From: Chiloscyllium plagiosum
Taxonomy: Eukaryota
Assembly (NCBI RefSeq): GCF_004010195.1
Contig: NC_057754.1
Coordinates: forward strand, 4,713,280 to 4,777,279
DNA: 64,000 nt
Reading direction: 5' to 3'
The notes beneath the pieces were generated by a model. That model did no database searches, was not told where the DNA came from, and saw only the letters and a list, made by a program, of their open reading frames with translations. The position numbers and the translations under genes are program-made. Numbering within the stretch: position 1 is the first letter of the stretch; each line of letters begins with the position of its first letter. This document shows, piece by piece, positions 1 to 11,490 of this stretch.

Positions 1-9
1 GAACTCTTT

Positions 10-190
10 CCCCCTCTGAGTTGGAAGATTGTGTTCAAATCCCACTCCAGATCTTGTGGGCAAAAGTCAAGGCAGGCACGCCAATGCAATACAGAAAGGG
101 CACCATGTGGCTATCTTTTGGAGAAAACATTAAACCAATGCTGTAGCTGTCCCGTCAGGTGTGCATCAAAGATCTCTTGGCAGTATATAA
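10..190 (+). mobile_element. Degenerate Deu-domain SINE fragment (SacSINE1/AmnSINE1-like)
   Basis: tRNA-like head remnant GTTCAAATCCCACTCCAG followed by TAAACC...GTCAGGTG..CATCAAAGATCTCTTGGCA. Visibly homologous to the longer copy at 40540-40975. Confidence 0.55.
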
Positions 191-283
191 ATGCTGTAAT
201 TTGCTTTTCTCATCCCAGGTCAGTGGTGGGAGTGTCAGCCTGGATGTTAATGCTTTGGCACTGTCCATGCAATGTAATACTTC

Positions 284-534
284 ATAAAAACTGCAAGAGC
301 TGTGAATGCTGGAAATCAGAAACAAGAACAGAAATTGCTGAAAAAGCTCTGCAGGCCTGGCAGAATCTGTGGAGAGAACTCAATGTTTCGGTCCAGTGAC
401 CCTTCCTCAGAATCAAAAGACAGCCATGTGGTTCTGAGGAAGGGTCACTGGACTCCAAAGCGTAACTCTGGTTTCTCTTGAGGATGCTGCCAGACCGGCT
501 GAGCTTTTTCCAGCAATTTCTGTTTTTGTTTGTG
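284..534. mobile_element. Fold-back Penelope pLTR-derived short element with two opposed hammerhead-like motifs
   Basis: Inverted arms at about 320-412 and 432-531 with a short spacer. Flanking direct repeat GCAATGTAATACTTC (269-283) / GCAATAAAATACTTC (535-549). Each arm has CTGAGGA-A-GGGTC-ACTG-GAC. Confidence 0.75.
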
Positions 535-769
535 GCAATAAAATACTTCTATTTGCAGTGTGTAAATTTAAGACAGTGTGATTTGAAAGACATTTAATTG
601 CTGATGTTCTGTCTGGCCCCAGAATTGGGGACCATTTATCGCTCATGCTTGGAAGGTTCCAATGGGCTCATGCATTTAGTGGCGCCCTTGAAATCTGAGC
701 TGTAAGAATACTTTTTGCCTCCGAAGAAACCTGCAGAATATAATACAATGAATGAAATTCGTCTTTCCA

Positions 770-1180
770 CTCACCAGTGCCCGGTGCATGCTCCAAATAG
801 TGCAGTTGACGATGAACTTAGAAGCAACAGTGGCTTTATGTTCCCCATCCATTCCTCGGCGATGGTCCAGGCGACGCCTTTCCCGCCAGAGTTTCGAGCC
901 GGGTCCACGTGCGGGAAGCGGTGGCGGTTAAAATAGGAAAACGGGCGCTAGGTAAAACAACAACAACAACAAAACCTCTGAAACAGAAGGGTGGGAATGT
1001 TGTATTTGGGGAGGACCAGTAAAAATATGAGGTAAAACACTCACCCATCCGTGAAAATATCCTCGAAATAACAAAAAGGAGGGGAAACCAGTTGTCGACG
1101 ACGATCCTTTCGACAATTTTGTCGCTGAAACAAAGCCGAACCCCTTCAATTTTTTTTTAAATGTATAGTTTAGGTGAGTT
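770..1180. promoter_or_regulatory. CpG-enriched candidate (possibly bidirectional) promoter / first-exon region
   Basis: Local CpG excess over depleted flanks. E2F-type TTTCCCGCC (879-887), E-box CACGTG (906-911) overlapping GCGGGAA (911-917). Consensus donors GTGAGT on the minus strand (774-769, 1044-1039) and plus strand (1174-1179). Confidence 0.5.
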
Positions 1181-2433
1181 TGTTGATGATTGAGACGTTT
1201 GATAGGATAAATGCTAAGTTGCCAGTAGCCTGGGGTTGAAAGCTTGGTTCAATTAAATGAAAGTTACATCTTATCCCCACCTCCAAAGTAATTTGTTTTC
1301 CAAAATAAAAACCTTAATTCACTCCTGGCAGGGGACAATTGCGCCCCCCCCCCCCCCATTATCTTATTCAAACGTTTAAGTGTTATTTTAAATCTCTTGC
1401 CCTCCCCCACAGAATGCAATGAAATTATATGTTAAACCTTTTTTCCCCTCCATTCACAGTCATGATGTCCAAAAATCAAGTTATCCCTTCTCTCCAGCGT
1501 GAAAGATCTAAGTGTTGCCCTTAACTTTGGTTTGGATAAAAGCTCTGAGCGGGCAGATTTCTGTCCTGGGCAACATCTTGTGGGATTGCCTGGCTGACCT
1601 GTCTGCCAACCTGGTTTCACACCCGGGTCTTATGAAAATGCTTTGGGTGCAGAGCTTGGCAAGAGCAAATGCTGATGGGGGCTTGTTGGCATTTTCTTCA
1701 CCAGACATAGGTGGGCCGGGTTGGTCTGGCAACAGAAACAAATGATTGGTCCTACCCTCTTTTTGAACCTTTGCAGCAAACTCCTGCACAGATCCCTTTG
1801 TGGACCTGTTTGTCAAATGCTTGGTACACCTTGGGGCAGTGCACCAAATGTTCAACAACTTGATGAGGCATCAAATTATACTGAGGTTTTTACAGAATTT
1901 CATTTTCAAAGCATTGACTTCATATGTAAGTTTGCGTAATGGTTCAAATTTGAACTATCCATAAGTCACAATACAATTTATTTCCATATAAAATACAGAT
2001 TCTGTGGCCTCTCACAGCACTTAGAATTACGTTTCATATTTATAATATGCATATTTATAAATTTATTCATTTGTGGGATGTGGACATCGCTGGCTGGCCA
2101 GCATTTATTATCTGCCCCTAGTTGCCCTTAAGAAGGTGGTTCTGAGCTGCCTTCTTGAACTGCTGATAAGGTTCCCCATGGTAGGCTCATTCAGAAAGTA
2201 AGGAAGCATGGGTTACAGGGTTATTTGGCTGTCTGGATACAGAATTGGCTGGCCCATAGAAGGCAGAGAGTAGTAGTAAATGGAAAATATTCAGCCTGCA
2301 GCTCGGTGACCAGTGGTGTTCCACACGGATCTGTGCCTCAGCACCTCTGCTGTTCTTGATTTTTATAAATGACTTGGATGAAGAAATGGAAGGGTAGGTT
2401 AGTATGTTTGCTGATGACATGAAGACTGATGGA

Positions 2434-2647
2434 TAAAAGCAAATTACTGCGGATACTGGATCTGAAACCAAAAGAGAAAATGCTGGAAAATCTCAGCAGG
2501 TCTGTAGGCAGAATCTGTAAGGAGAGAAAAGAGCTGACGTTTCGAGTCTAACTGACCCTTTGTCAAAGCAGCTTTTTTGTCAGCTCTTTTCTCTCCTTAC
2601 AGATGCTGCTAGACCTGCTGAGATTTTCCAGCATTTTCTCTTTTGGT
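2434..2647. mobile_element. Fold-back Penelope pLTR-derived element inserted in CR1
   Basis: Inverted arms at about 2466-2538 and 2579-2648. 14-bp TSD TGAAGACTGATGGA (2420-2433) / TGAAGATTGATGGA (2648-2661). Confidence 0.85.
2533..2569 (-). ncRNA. Minimal type-I hammerhead ribozyme motif, U3-A8 core variant
   Basis: Minus strand reads GCU UUGACAA A GGGUC AGUUA GACUC GAAAC GUC AGC. Helix I GCU/AGC, 5-bp helix II with one G-U pair, GUC triplet. Predicted cut between 2536 and 2535. Confidence 0.7.
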
Positions 2648-4705
2648 TGAAGATTGATGGAATTGTGGATAATATGGAGGGCTGTGGTAGGTTGCAATGA
2701 GACATTGACAGTATGCAGAACTGGGCTGATAAGTGGCAGATGACGTTCAACCTGGAAAAGTATGAAATAATTCATTTTGGAAGATTGCATTTGAATGGAG
2801 AATGCAGGGTTTAAGGCAGGATTCTTGGCAGTGTGGAGGAACAGAGGGATCTTGGAATCCATGTCCATATATCCCTCAAAGTTGCCACCCAAGCAGATAG
2901 TGTTTTCAGAAGGGATATGATGTGTTGGCTTTCATTAGCAGGGGAATTGAGTTTAAGAGCCGTGAGTTTATCCTACAAGTTTATCGAGCCCTGGTTAAAT
3001 CACACTTGAAATATTGTGTTCAGTCTGGTCGCCTCATTATAGGAAGGATGTTGAAGCTTTAGAGAGGGTGCAGAGGAGATTTAGCAGGATGCTGTCTGGA
3101 CTAGAGGGCATGTCTTATGAAGAAAGGCTGAGGGAGCTGAGGCTTTTCTCATTGGAGCAAAGAACGGTGAGAGGCGACTGGAAAGAGGTGTACAAGATGA
3201 TGAGAGATATAGATGGAGTGAATAGTCAGAGACTTTTTCTCAGGGCAGTAATGGCTATCACAAGGGGGCATAATTTTAAGGTGATTGGAGGAAGGTTGAG
3301 GGGAGATATCGGAGGTCTGTTCTTTACACAGAGAGTTGTGAGTTTGTGGAATGTATTGCCAGTGATGGTGGTAGAGTCAGATACATTAGGGACATTTAAG
3401 CAACTCTTGGATAGGCAATGGATGATAGTAAAATGAAGGCTATGTAGGTTGGTTTGATCTTAGAGTAGGATAAAAGGTCGGTACAAAATGAAATGCTGAA
3501 GGGCATGTACTGTGTTGTACTGTTTTATGTTCTATAAATGGGGAAAGAATTGAGAATGTACCACATATATGCATTGTTTGGAAATACGAAGTGAGTCCAA
3601 AAAAAAAATAGTTAAAAGATATATGAGCCAGTCTCTTTGGGTGGTTTGTGTTTTGGTTTTCATGCCCAGTCCCTTTAGAATCTGTGAAGCAGCATCATAT
3701 TTATAATCCTTTCCTGTTCTGCATCTGTTTCCTTATTCATTTCAGAGCTCCCCAGTCAACCTTTTCTGATTGAATTACATCCTTGCTGTAGTGAGGGCTG
3801 TAAAACTGCACACAGAATGACCAGTACAGCCTGATCAATGCTGAAAACAGTGGCAGGTAAATGTTCAACTCATACCTTCTTATTTATAACCTGACGTACT
3901 GTATGCTTTCTTTACAGCTACCAGACAGTGAGTATCCATATACACATGCACTTTCCAGCTGGAGTCACTGCGTAATTAGCAGGTGCCCATTGATGTTTCT
4001 TTCCATCCCCAAGTAAGGAACTGGAATGACAAAAGTAGTCCCATTAAGTGCTACCCTGACTAAAATAAACTTTCGCAGAGAATCCAGTCTGGAACCTTCA
4101 GGTCTGGATGGTTTAGTGCTAAAACAGTTGGTGTCCTGATCCATTAGCCTGACCGGAAAGCTCCCTACTTTAGTAGTTCCATGCAATGTTTGTGATGTTT
4201 CAATCCAAAAAAACTGGGTTAAATAGACCCCTTCTGTACTGTAATCTTCTGTTGTTCTGTGATGTATTTGCCAGTGAGATACTCACCCTGTCCACCACTG
4301 GCGCACAGTAACATTGCATTGTTACATATGAAGCATTCTTCATGTAATTGCTAGTGTCAGTTTTTTGATTTATTGAGTAAGTGCACCCACAGTTGGATAC
4401 TGATGATCGAGATCAGAAGAACCTATGTTTGTTGAATGGCTGACTTTCATCTGTATTTTCAGACAGCAAGTTGAGTAGCTGCACAGTGAAAATGCTGATA
4501 TGCATTTACTGGTCCTTCTCGGCCACATTTTGTATTTTGCCAGTCATCTTGAAGTAGGCACACAAAATTCCTGTCAGAGCCCCATCATCTATGGAAATGC
4601 TGGTTCTCTGATGCCAATAGGACATTGCTGCAAATTTGAAGCACCAATGGACAGAGTCAACCCTTCACACACCATACACATTTAAACTTGATGCATAGCA
4701 ATCTT

Positions 4706-4826
4706 AGGAGAAAAGTGAGGACTGCAGATGCTGGAGATCAGAGTCGAGAGTGTGGTGTTGGAAAAGCACAGCAGGTCAGGCAGCATCTGAGAAGCAGGAG
4801 AATCGACTTTTCCAGCACCATACTCT
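4706..4826. mobile_element. Short Penelope pLTR-derived element with small inverted end
   Basis: AGGAGAAAAGTGAGGACTGCAGATGCTGGAGATCAGAG...GCAGGAGAATCGAC, followed by the inverted CTTTTCCAGCACCATACTC. Same family as 34298-34400. Confidence 0.75.
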
Positions 4827-5359
4827 TGGCAGAGGAGTCTAACCCAGAAGTCTTCAAATGCACAGTTGCAGACTGCTCCAAAATGCTTTACTTATTTTAA
4901 AAAAATGTTGTTTTTAAACAATGTTCTTCCTGCCCCCCTTTCAAAAATCAATTGTCCCCTCCCCCCGTCCAACTTTCCACTACCCTCTGCTGACAGCATC
5001 TCCCCTTTTCTCTTAACCTACCTGTTCTGCTTGAGTCCATGGAGAATCAGTGATATGTAGACAGTGTATGGGGAACTCACTGATGAATTGAGGTTCAACC
5101 ATGAAAATAGTTTGGGTCTTTGGTGCCTTGTGTTGGTTGAGCTTGCTTTGTGATCTGATAGAAGTGGACATTTCAAAACATCAAAATCAACTTTTGATTA
5201 TAGAGCCTTTAAAGTAATAATAACTGTGATACCTAAAGGAATTCAGGGATGTTATAGGACAAAGTTTGACATGCAGTATTATTTAGTTAGATGACTAAAC
5301 GCTTGGTCGAATACCAAATTTTAATATATGCTGGCAAAAGGAGAGAAACAGATATATGT

Positions 5360-5540
5360 TTAGGGATTTCCAGGGTTTAGGATCTAGGCTGCTGAAGGCA
5401 CAACTATGAGAAATCAGGGAAGCACAAGACCAGAAATAAAGGAACACCGAAATCCTGGAGAGTTGTAGGACTGGGAAAGGCTACAAAGATAAGATGGTGT
5501 GAAGCCATGGAGAGATTTGATTACAAGGATAAGAATCTGA
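5360..5540 (-). mobile_element. Old L2-type LINE 3' fragment
   Basis: Homologous to 11200-11490 and 54270-54630 (GAATTCCA..GCTGAAGGC..GGAGAGATTTGA..ACAAGGATAAGAAT). Resembles the reverse complement of the L2 ORF2 end. Confidence 0.5.
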
Positions 5541-5871
5541 TTTGTGTCAGCTAATCTCAGGGCCCTGGAATATAGAAAAGATAGTGATTCAAGGCTCTTA
5601 TTTCTAACTACTATGCTGTGACTGTGGAATCATATGTGTGTGGATATCTGACAAGGCATGACTGAGTTTGTAATTCTCTCCACAGTCGAATACCCTATGG
5701 TGACTTTATTAGACTGGCTCATCAATAAATAAGTAGTCATTTGGGTGGTGTACCTATGACTAAGATAATAAGAAATAGGAACAGGAGTAGGCCATTTGGC
5801 CCCTTGAGTCTGCTCTGCCATTCAAAAGCATTAAGGCTGATCCAACATTCCTCAAGGATAAATTACGTGGA

Positions 5872-6070
5872 AATAAAAGCAAAGTACTGCAGATGCTGTA
5901 AATCTGAAAAAAAAACATAGTGCTGGTGAAACACAGCAGGTTTGGAAGTATCTAGAGAGAGAGAGAAGCAGAGTTAACGTTTTGAGTCAGCTGTGACTTA
6001 ACTGAACTGGGAACTTTGTTCCTCTTCCACAGAGGTTACCAGGCCTGCTGAGGTTGTCTAGCACTTTCTG
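5872..6070. mobile_element. Degenerate fold-back Penelope pLTR-derived element
   Basis: TACTGCAGATGCTGTAAATCTGAAA...GAGTTAACGTTTTGAGTC followed by the inverted arm AACTTTG...CCTGCTGAG..TCTAGCAC. Confidence 0.6.
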
Positions 6071-6414
6071 TAAATGACTGGTTTAAAACTAATGCTTTTT
6101 TTTGGAAACTATAAGCAATGTTCGCACCAAAGGGGCTGTGTGCCACTATTGATTGATTTTGCACTATTAATTATATTAATTTCCCATACTGTTCTACTTG
6201 GGTCAACTTCGAGTCAGAAAGATCTGCAGTAAGGAAAAAGGCCCTTTGGCCCGTCCCTTTCATGCTGGCCAAAAACAATCACCTAATTATTCTAATCCCA
6301 TATACTTAGCCCATAGCCACTTCTTATGCCTTGGCGTCACAATTGCACATCTAAGTACTTAAATGTTTTGAGGGTCTCTGCTTCTGTCAGCCTTGCAGGC
6401 ATCAGACTAATATA

Positions 6415-6551
6415 TGTCAAAACCGAAAAATCTGTGGATGCTGTAAATCAGAGACAAAAATAGAAATTGCTGGAAAAGCTTGGCGAGTTTGGCAGTATAT
6501 GAGGGGAGTAATCAGAGTTAACGTTTCGTGTCGATTGACTCTTCCTCAGAC
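6415..6551 (-). mobile_element. Penelope pLTR-derived element with hammerhead motif (about 6515-6551)
   Basis: Minus strand reads CUGAGGA A GAGUC AAUC GACAC GAAAC GUU AACUC. Core intact, one mismatch in helix II, helix I 5' strand truncated. Confidence 0.7.
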
Positions 6552-6779
6552 CTAACCAGACATGACCTGCTTAAATTGCAGTCCCCTTAATAAAAACAAC
6601 TTTTAAAAATGTAAATAAAAATGGATCTTGAACAGGCATAAGCATCACCAGTCTTTCACAATAAATCACCAATGTGACCTGTTGGGGCAAAGATATGCAA
6701 TTTGAAAAAGATTAGATGTAAGGTGTATGGGTGCAGGTGTGTTTAAAGTAGTGTTTTGTTTTTGCCCTACTTTGAGTCA

Positions 6780-7700
6780 GCAAAGCACGATGCGGTGTTA
6801 GTAGAGGAACCGCTAACCAGCCATGTGCTGCTGTGCCTTGTCCCAGATTACTGCATTGTGTGTCTGTGTCTACCCCATTCTGTGTGTATTCCTCCGCCGT
6901 GAATGCAAAAGCATCCAATGCGATCAGATATCCAGCCATCTGCCGGGGAGAGAGAACCGCTTGCTTGAAACTAGTGAACCGTTAGCCAGAATTGCACAAG
7001 CCCTTATCGTTTTGACCAGAATATCTCATGCCGGATTATTTCATTGGCAGGGTTCAGGAGTCTGGATGCCGTAACTCGCAGCATCCGCTGCAACCTCTCT
7101 GATCAAGGGAGAAGAGAGAACCGAGAGAGATGTGTGGATTTAAAATCTAATCGCCTTCAGCTTTGTGTACAGGGAAGGCTGATTTCGCCAGATAAAGGTA
7201 TGTGTGCAACCCCCGAGGACGTTGAGGGGGAAGGGATGGGTGCAAAATAAAAGGGGTGTACTTAAATTATTGCTAGATGCGGTCTCCATTCATCAAAATG
7301 TTGTTGCCGACTCCCCGACCCTGTGATGGGTTGGATGCCTAATGCTACAATCGGTTGCCGGAGATTTCGAGCGTTCGGGAAAGAGATATTTCGACCATGC
7401 ACTTAAGGTTCCTTCGTGTTCGGATTACCTTGCGTCTAAAAATTAGACCAAAGATATTGTTGCATTTTTGATCAGTAAAGATCAAATCTGGACGCTCGTC
7501 GGCATCCTGTCTTTTGAATAACGAAATGCCTAAATAATGCTGGTTTGTTGTCGCGGAAACGTTGCGATTTCTAACGATTTTCTTTTGGTTTCATTGCATA
7601 ATGTTTTGGGGGGAGCAAGAGACATGTTGCAGACACGGGTTTTCCCCGTCGCTATGCGTTTGGAAAATATTGCAATAAAGAATGACTCCTCAGTCGAGTC
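6780..7700 (+). promoter_or_regulatory. CpG-enriched candidate promoter / non-coding first exon ending at a splice donor (exon end 7197)
   Basis: About 900 bp of non-repeat sequence with clear CpG excess. Strong donor AAG|GTATGT at 7197/7198. RFX X-box-like GTTGTCGCGGAAAC at 7547-7560. No convincing ORF. Confidence 0.5.
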
Positions 7701-9074
7701 ACTCACCATACAGTTGGAACTGATGTGCTTTTTTAAAAGACAGGTCAGCTCCTGAGCATGTTCAAGAGATAAGGTGCTGTGCAATTGCGTATGTGATTTA
7801 TCATTTTTTCAGTGTCAGATTAATTCCTTTAAAGTGCAATCAAATGTAGTCTCCACAAACAATAGGGGCTAGTCACGTCTCTGATCCATTTCTAGTTGAT
7901 CTCCAATAGGATCCATTCCCTGGAAAGCTGACTGGATCTTGTTTCCTCCTGTGATTTTGTTGTTGTTGGTTGCTGAATATCAAGTTCTAGCCAAGATTGA
8001 GCGAATGCTACTTCCCAATTACCATGAAATAATTTTTATTCTCTGTGGCAGAGCAGCTACAGTGAGAAGCAGAGAATTACAGTATTTTGATTCTCTGGTT
8101 ATAGTCGAAGGATTCCATCATTTTTGTATCCACCATCTTGCCATGCACAGATTCTGGTCCAGTGGGTGAAATCGTAGGTGGTGCCACTCTTCAGTGCAGC
8201 CTCTTCTTTCAGCGTACCCTTTTCCTTAGAAAAGTGCCCTTTGGCTAAAAGTGCTTAGAAAACTAACTTGGGTGATTCTTTCTACAAACATATCTAATCA
8301 TTCCATCATGAAAAGTTAACAAATCTGTGCACTTCGCTAAGCATAAGATTTTATTCAAGTTTGTCATTATATTTAATTAATTACCCAATTTAGAACATTA
8401 AATTTCTGCTCCTTCCACCGAAAATCTTATGCTTGCTATTTTTATGAGTTTTTATTAACTTTTTCTTCCTCAGTTGTCAGATGCCAGAGGTTGCAATTCC
8501 CTCAGAATAGGTGGGGAATCTACAATTCTCAGAAAAATTGAAAGAGTTCTCAAAGCACTTGCACAGTGAATGGAATATTTGCAGGTTGATTACTTTTGAC
8601 TATTGAGGGAAGCCCTCATAAGAACTATTTTGCATCATTTTTATTTACAGTAACAGGAGTTCACTGCATAACAGGTCAAATTACAACCAGTATGGAATGC
8701 TAAGGTCACAAACAAAAATGCCCAGAATGAATTCTGTGAACCCTGGCAATCTTGTCCATGAAACTCAGGGAACTTAGACCCTACTTTCTTATTTATTTCT
8801 TCTCGGATTGATCCTTGGAGATTATGAAGCACTGTTTTTGGGACTACTGCTTCATTCGGTGGGAAAATCTTAAGTCAGACCACTAGGATCTTATTATCAG
8901 CAACTTGTGATACTTGAAAATACTTGTGTCACAAACTAACTTAAATTTGGCTACTTTTAAAGAAATCTCACAGATAATCAAGTATTGGAACAATTACTTA
9001 ACTTCATTGCATGTAGCATAAGAAAATAAGACCCCTTGATTAAGTACATTAAGCCTCACAACTCACCTGAGCTA

Positions 9075-9269
9075 CTAAAAGCAAAAAAATGCTGGAGATC
9101 ACAACAGGTCAGGCAGCATGAATAGAGAGAAAGCAAGCTAACATTTTGAGTCTAGATGACTCTTCATCAGAGCAAAGTGAAGTATGGAGGGGGCAGCAAT
9201 TATGCAACTGTTGGGTGGCCTTGGATTGCTGTTTTTGATTCAGATTCAGCATCTGCAGTAATTTGCTCT
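9075..9269. mobile_element. Penelope pLTR-derived element with partial inversion
   Basis: TSD TCACCTGAGCTA (9063-9074) / TCACCTCAGCTA (9270-9281). Inverted terminal piece GATTCAGCATCTGCAGTAATTTGC. Confidence 0.75.
9137..9173 (-). ncRNA. Decayed minimal hammerhead motif (C3-G8 core)
   Basis: Minus strand reads GCU CUGAUGA A GAGUC AUCUA GACUC AAAAU GUU AGC. Perfect 5-bp helix II and helix I GCU/AGC. GAAAC has decayed to AAAAU by two CpG-type transitions. Confidence 0.6.
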
Positions 9270-10539
9270 TCACCTCAGCTATTACCTGATTCATAGTGGA
9301 ATTTAGCTACGATTCTTATCAACAGTGTGTGTCTCTCGATGTCCAGTGTTTGATCTTTGTGCAGTATAGTTCTCTTGAGTTCTGCTGATGGAGAACCCTA
9401 AAGTTGAATTACAGGATTTTCTGCCTTGTGAAGTTTATGATGTGACGTTATTAATGATCCTTTAGATCCGTTCATCCCACGATTTTGACTGATTTCCATT
9501 TAGTTTGACCTGTTTTCAAATGTTTAATATCCTTGTCCCTTTTATGTCAGGAAACAGTTTATTCCAGAAAGAATTATTGCTAATTCATTCAATCCCTGAA
9601 CAATTATTAAAGTTCTGAAGTTTACAGTATCACAGTGGGTGTGTGTGATGTCAGCATACATGTGACTCCAAGACTCAATGATACCCTCCAGTCTAAAGGC
9701 CTGGATGACTCTTGTCAATTTGTGTGCTAAGTTGTAATTTTAAATGTTTTACATGTTGTGTAGTTCTTCATCCTGCATGTCACCCTCATTTAGTTTCTTC
9801 ACATTGTGGAGGCCAGAACAATTCAGCTGATGACAGTGTCCGCTGAGATTGTGGTGTCACCTCTTGCCCTTTTGGTAATGTGTTTGAGTTTCAAAAGACA
9901 TGCCATTCCTTACATTTTTTTGTTATCTCTTAACTCAGCTGAAACTATCGACATTAGTTCTTTAGAGGGAGAAAATATGGGAGCTCTTAATCAGAACTCA
10001 CATCATGTGAGTTAATTGACGCTTTCTGGATTATATCAGTTGATTTTAATGCTCTGCACCCTGGCATTCTTATATCATTGGCAGACTGAGAAAAATCAAA
10101 TGTAGTGGTGCTGATGCCAGTGGCTATACTGTAGATTCATTGTGAAAGGTTTCCATGTAGGTGGCTCTAGAGCAATGCTGTCTTTTCCAAAATGTATCCC
10201 TAGGGCTGGAATCTGTCAGGGAAAACTCGAATACTCTTTAGGATTGGCTCATGCTAGAGATAATCGATTGACAAAGCTTCATCACAACTTTGGCTTTTGT
10301 TTGAGTTTTGCCATTCTTTAGATCAATCCTTTGTTGCAGTAGTTGGTGGAAACTCTCCCTGCCGTCCCATGGGTTTTGACTAAATTTGACAGATTTCCTT
10401 TTAGTTAGACCTGTTTTCAAATGTTTAATGCATCTTTTACAGGATTGACTTTAGTCAGGTGTCAGTGTTGTTGGTCAAGAACAGATACTGGTTGTGTAAT
10501 TATGAACCTAGTTATCAGCATTCTTTTGACAGCTATTTC

Positions 10540-10593
10540 TGTGTCTCTCTCTCTCTCTTTCTCTCACCCACACACACACAAACACACACACAC
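10540..10593 (+). repeat. Compound (CT)n(CA)n microsatellite
   Basis: Directly visible. Confidence 0.9.
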
Positions 10594-11199
10594 AGCAGTA
10601 TACTCTCAATTAGATGGTTAATGGCAACGGATTTCACTTTATTTCCATTGTGAGGTTGGTGGATTAATTTTCCCAGTACAGTGTACTGCGATATCAGAAC
10701 TCATAAGATGTGATTTAGTGTTATTAATTTTGACAAGTGTGGAAGATGGACATTTAAATGAGTAGGAGGTTACAGGATAGGCATCCCACCACTTTCCTAC
10801 TCTGTCCTGATTAAGTTTGAGGCAGGAATGCTGTTATACCTTGTGGCTGGGGTGCATCGCTGATTCTTGACCTCTAGTGGGTACATTGGCAGCAGCTATG
10901 ACAACTCTCCTTGCTTCTGTTGGCAGCTGAAAGTTACTAATTGCCATGTAATAACTGCCATGCAGGTCTTACCCAACAGAGAGAGTTTGGTCTCTCACTG
11001 AGTCTCTAGTCTGAAGCGAAGAACACCATTGCTTGGAATAAATTCTGCCTATACTCTAGGAAGGCAAAGTGACCCATGAATAGTTGACAGAACTGAGACA
11101 GTCACACGTAAACAAAAACAGCATTATGATGCAGTTTATATTTGGAATAAACCTTTGCACCTTAGTGGTTTCATAAAAATGGTTTGTATTTATATGTCA

Positions 11200-11490
11200 T
11201 ATTTAATGTAGAAATGTGCCCCACTATGCATCATAAGTAACCAGACGAGAATGAAAGTTAAGATAAAGAAAGATATTAATAAAGGGTCCAAAAGCCTTGC
11301 CGAGGTTGTGAAGAGAGAATATTGAAGTGCAGAGATTTTGGGAGAGAATTCCAGAATGAGTATTAGAAAGCCTAAAGCAAGAGCATCAGTATTGATCAAG
11401 TAAGGATTTACTAAAAGAGAGAGGAACAGACAGTTTGGAGGTTGGAGAGGGTGAAGCAATATCAGGATGGAATTGAAACACAAGAATGGG
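11200..11490 (-). mobile_element. Old L2-type LINE 3' fragment
   Basis: Homologous to 5360-5540 and 54270-54630. Confidence 0.45.

Larger units (their letters stand above)
2187..3535 (+). mobile_element. 5'-truncated CR1 (HER1-like) LINE, RT 3' half and 3' UTR, interrupted by the insertion at 2434-2647
   Basis: FADD motif codons TTTGCTGATGAC near 2407-2418. ORF 3014-3436 (WSPHYRKDVEALERVQRRFSRM...RGHNFK...FFTQRVVSLWN) is the typical CR1 ORF2 C-terminus. Tail GGGCATGTACTGTGTTGTACTGTTTTATGTTCTAT. Confidence 0.9.

Noticed and set aside
1432..1939. Overlapping short ORFs downstream of the first CpG region
   Set aside because: No recognisable domain, no convincing splice-site pair, and ORFs occur on both strands as expected by chance.
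6823..7250. ORFs in the CpG-rich region as coding exons
   Set aside because: ATG-initiated frames stop before the 7198 donor and resemble no protein I recognise.
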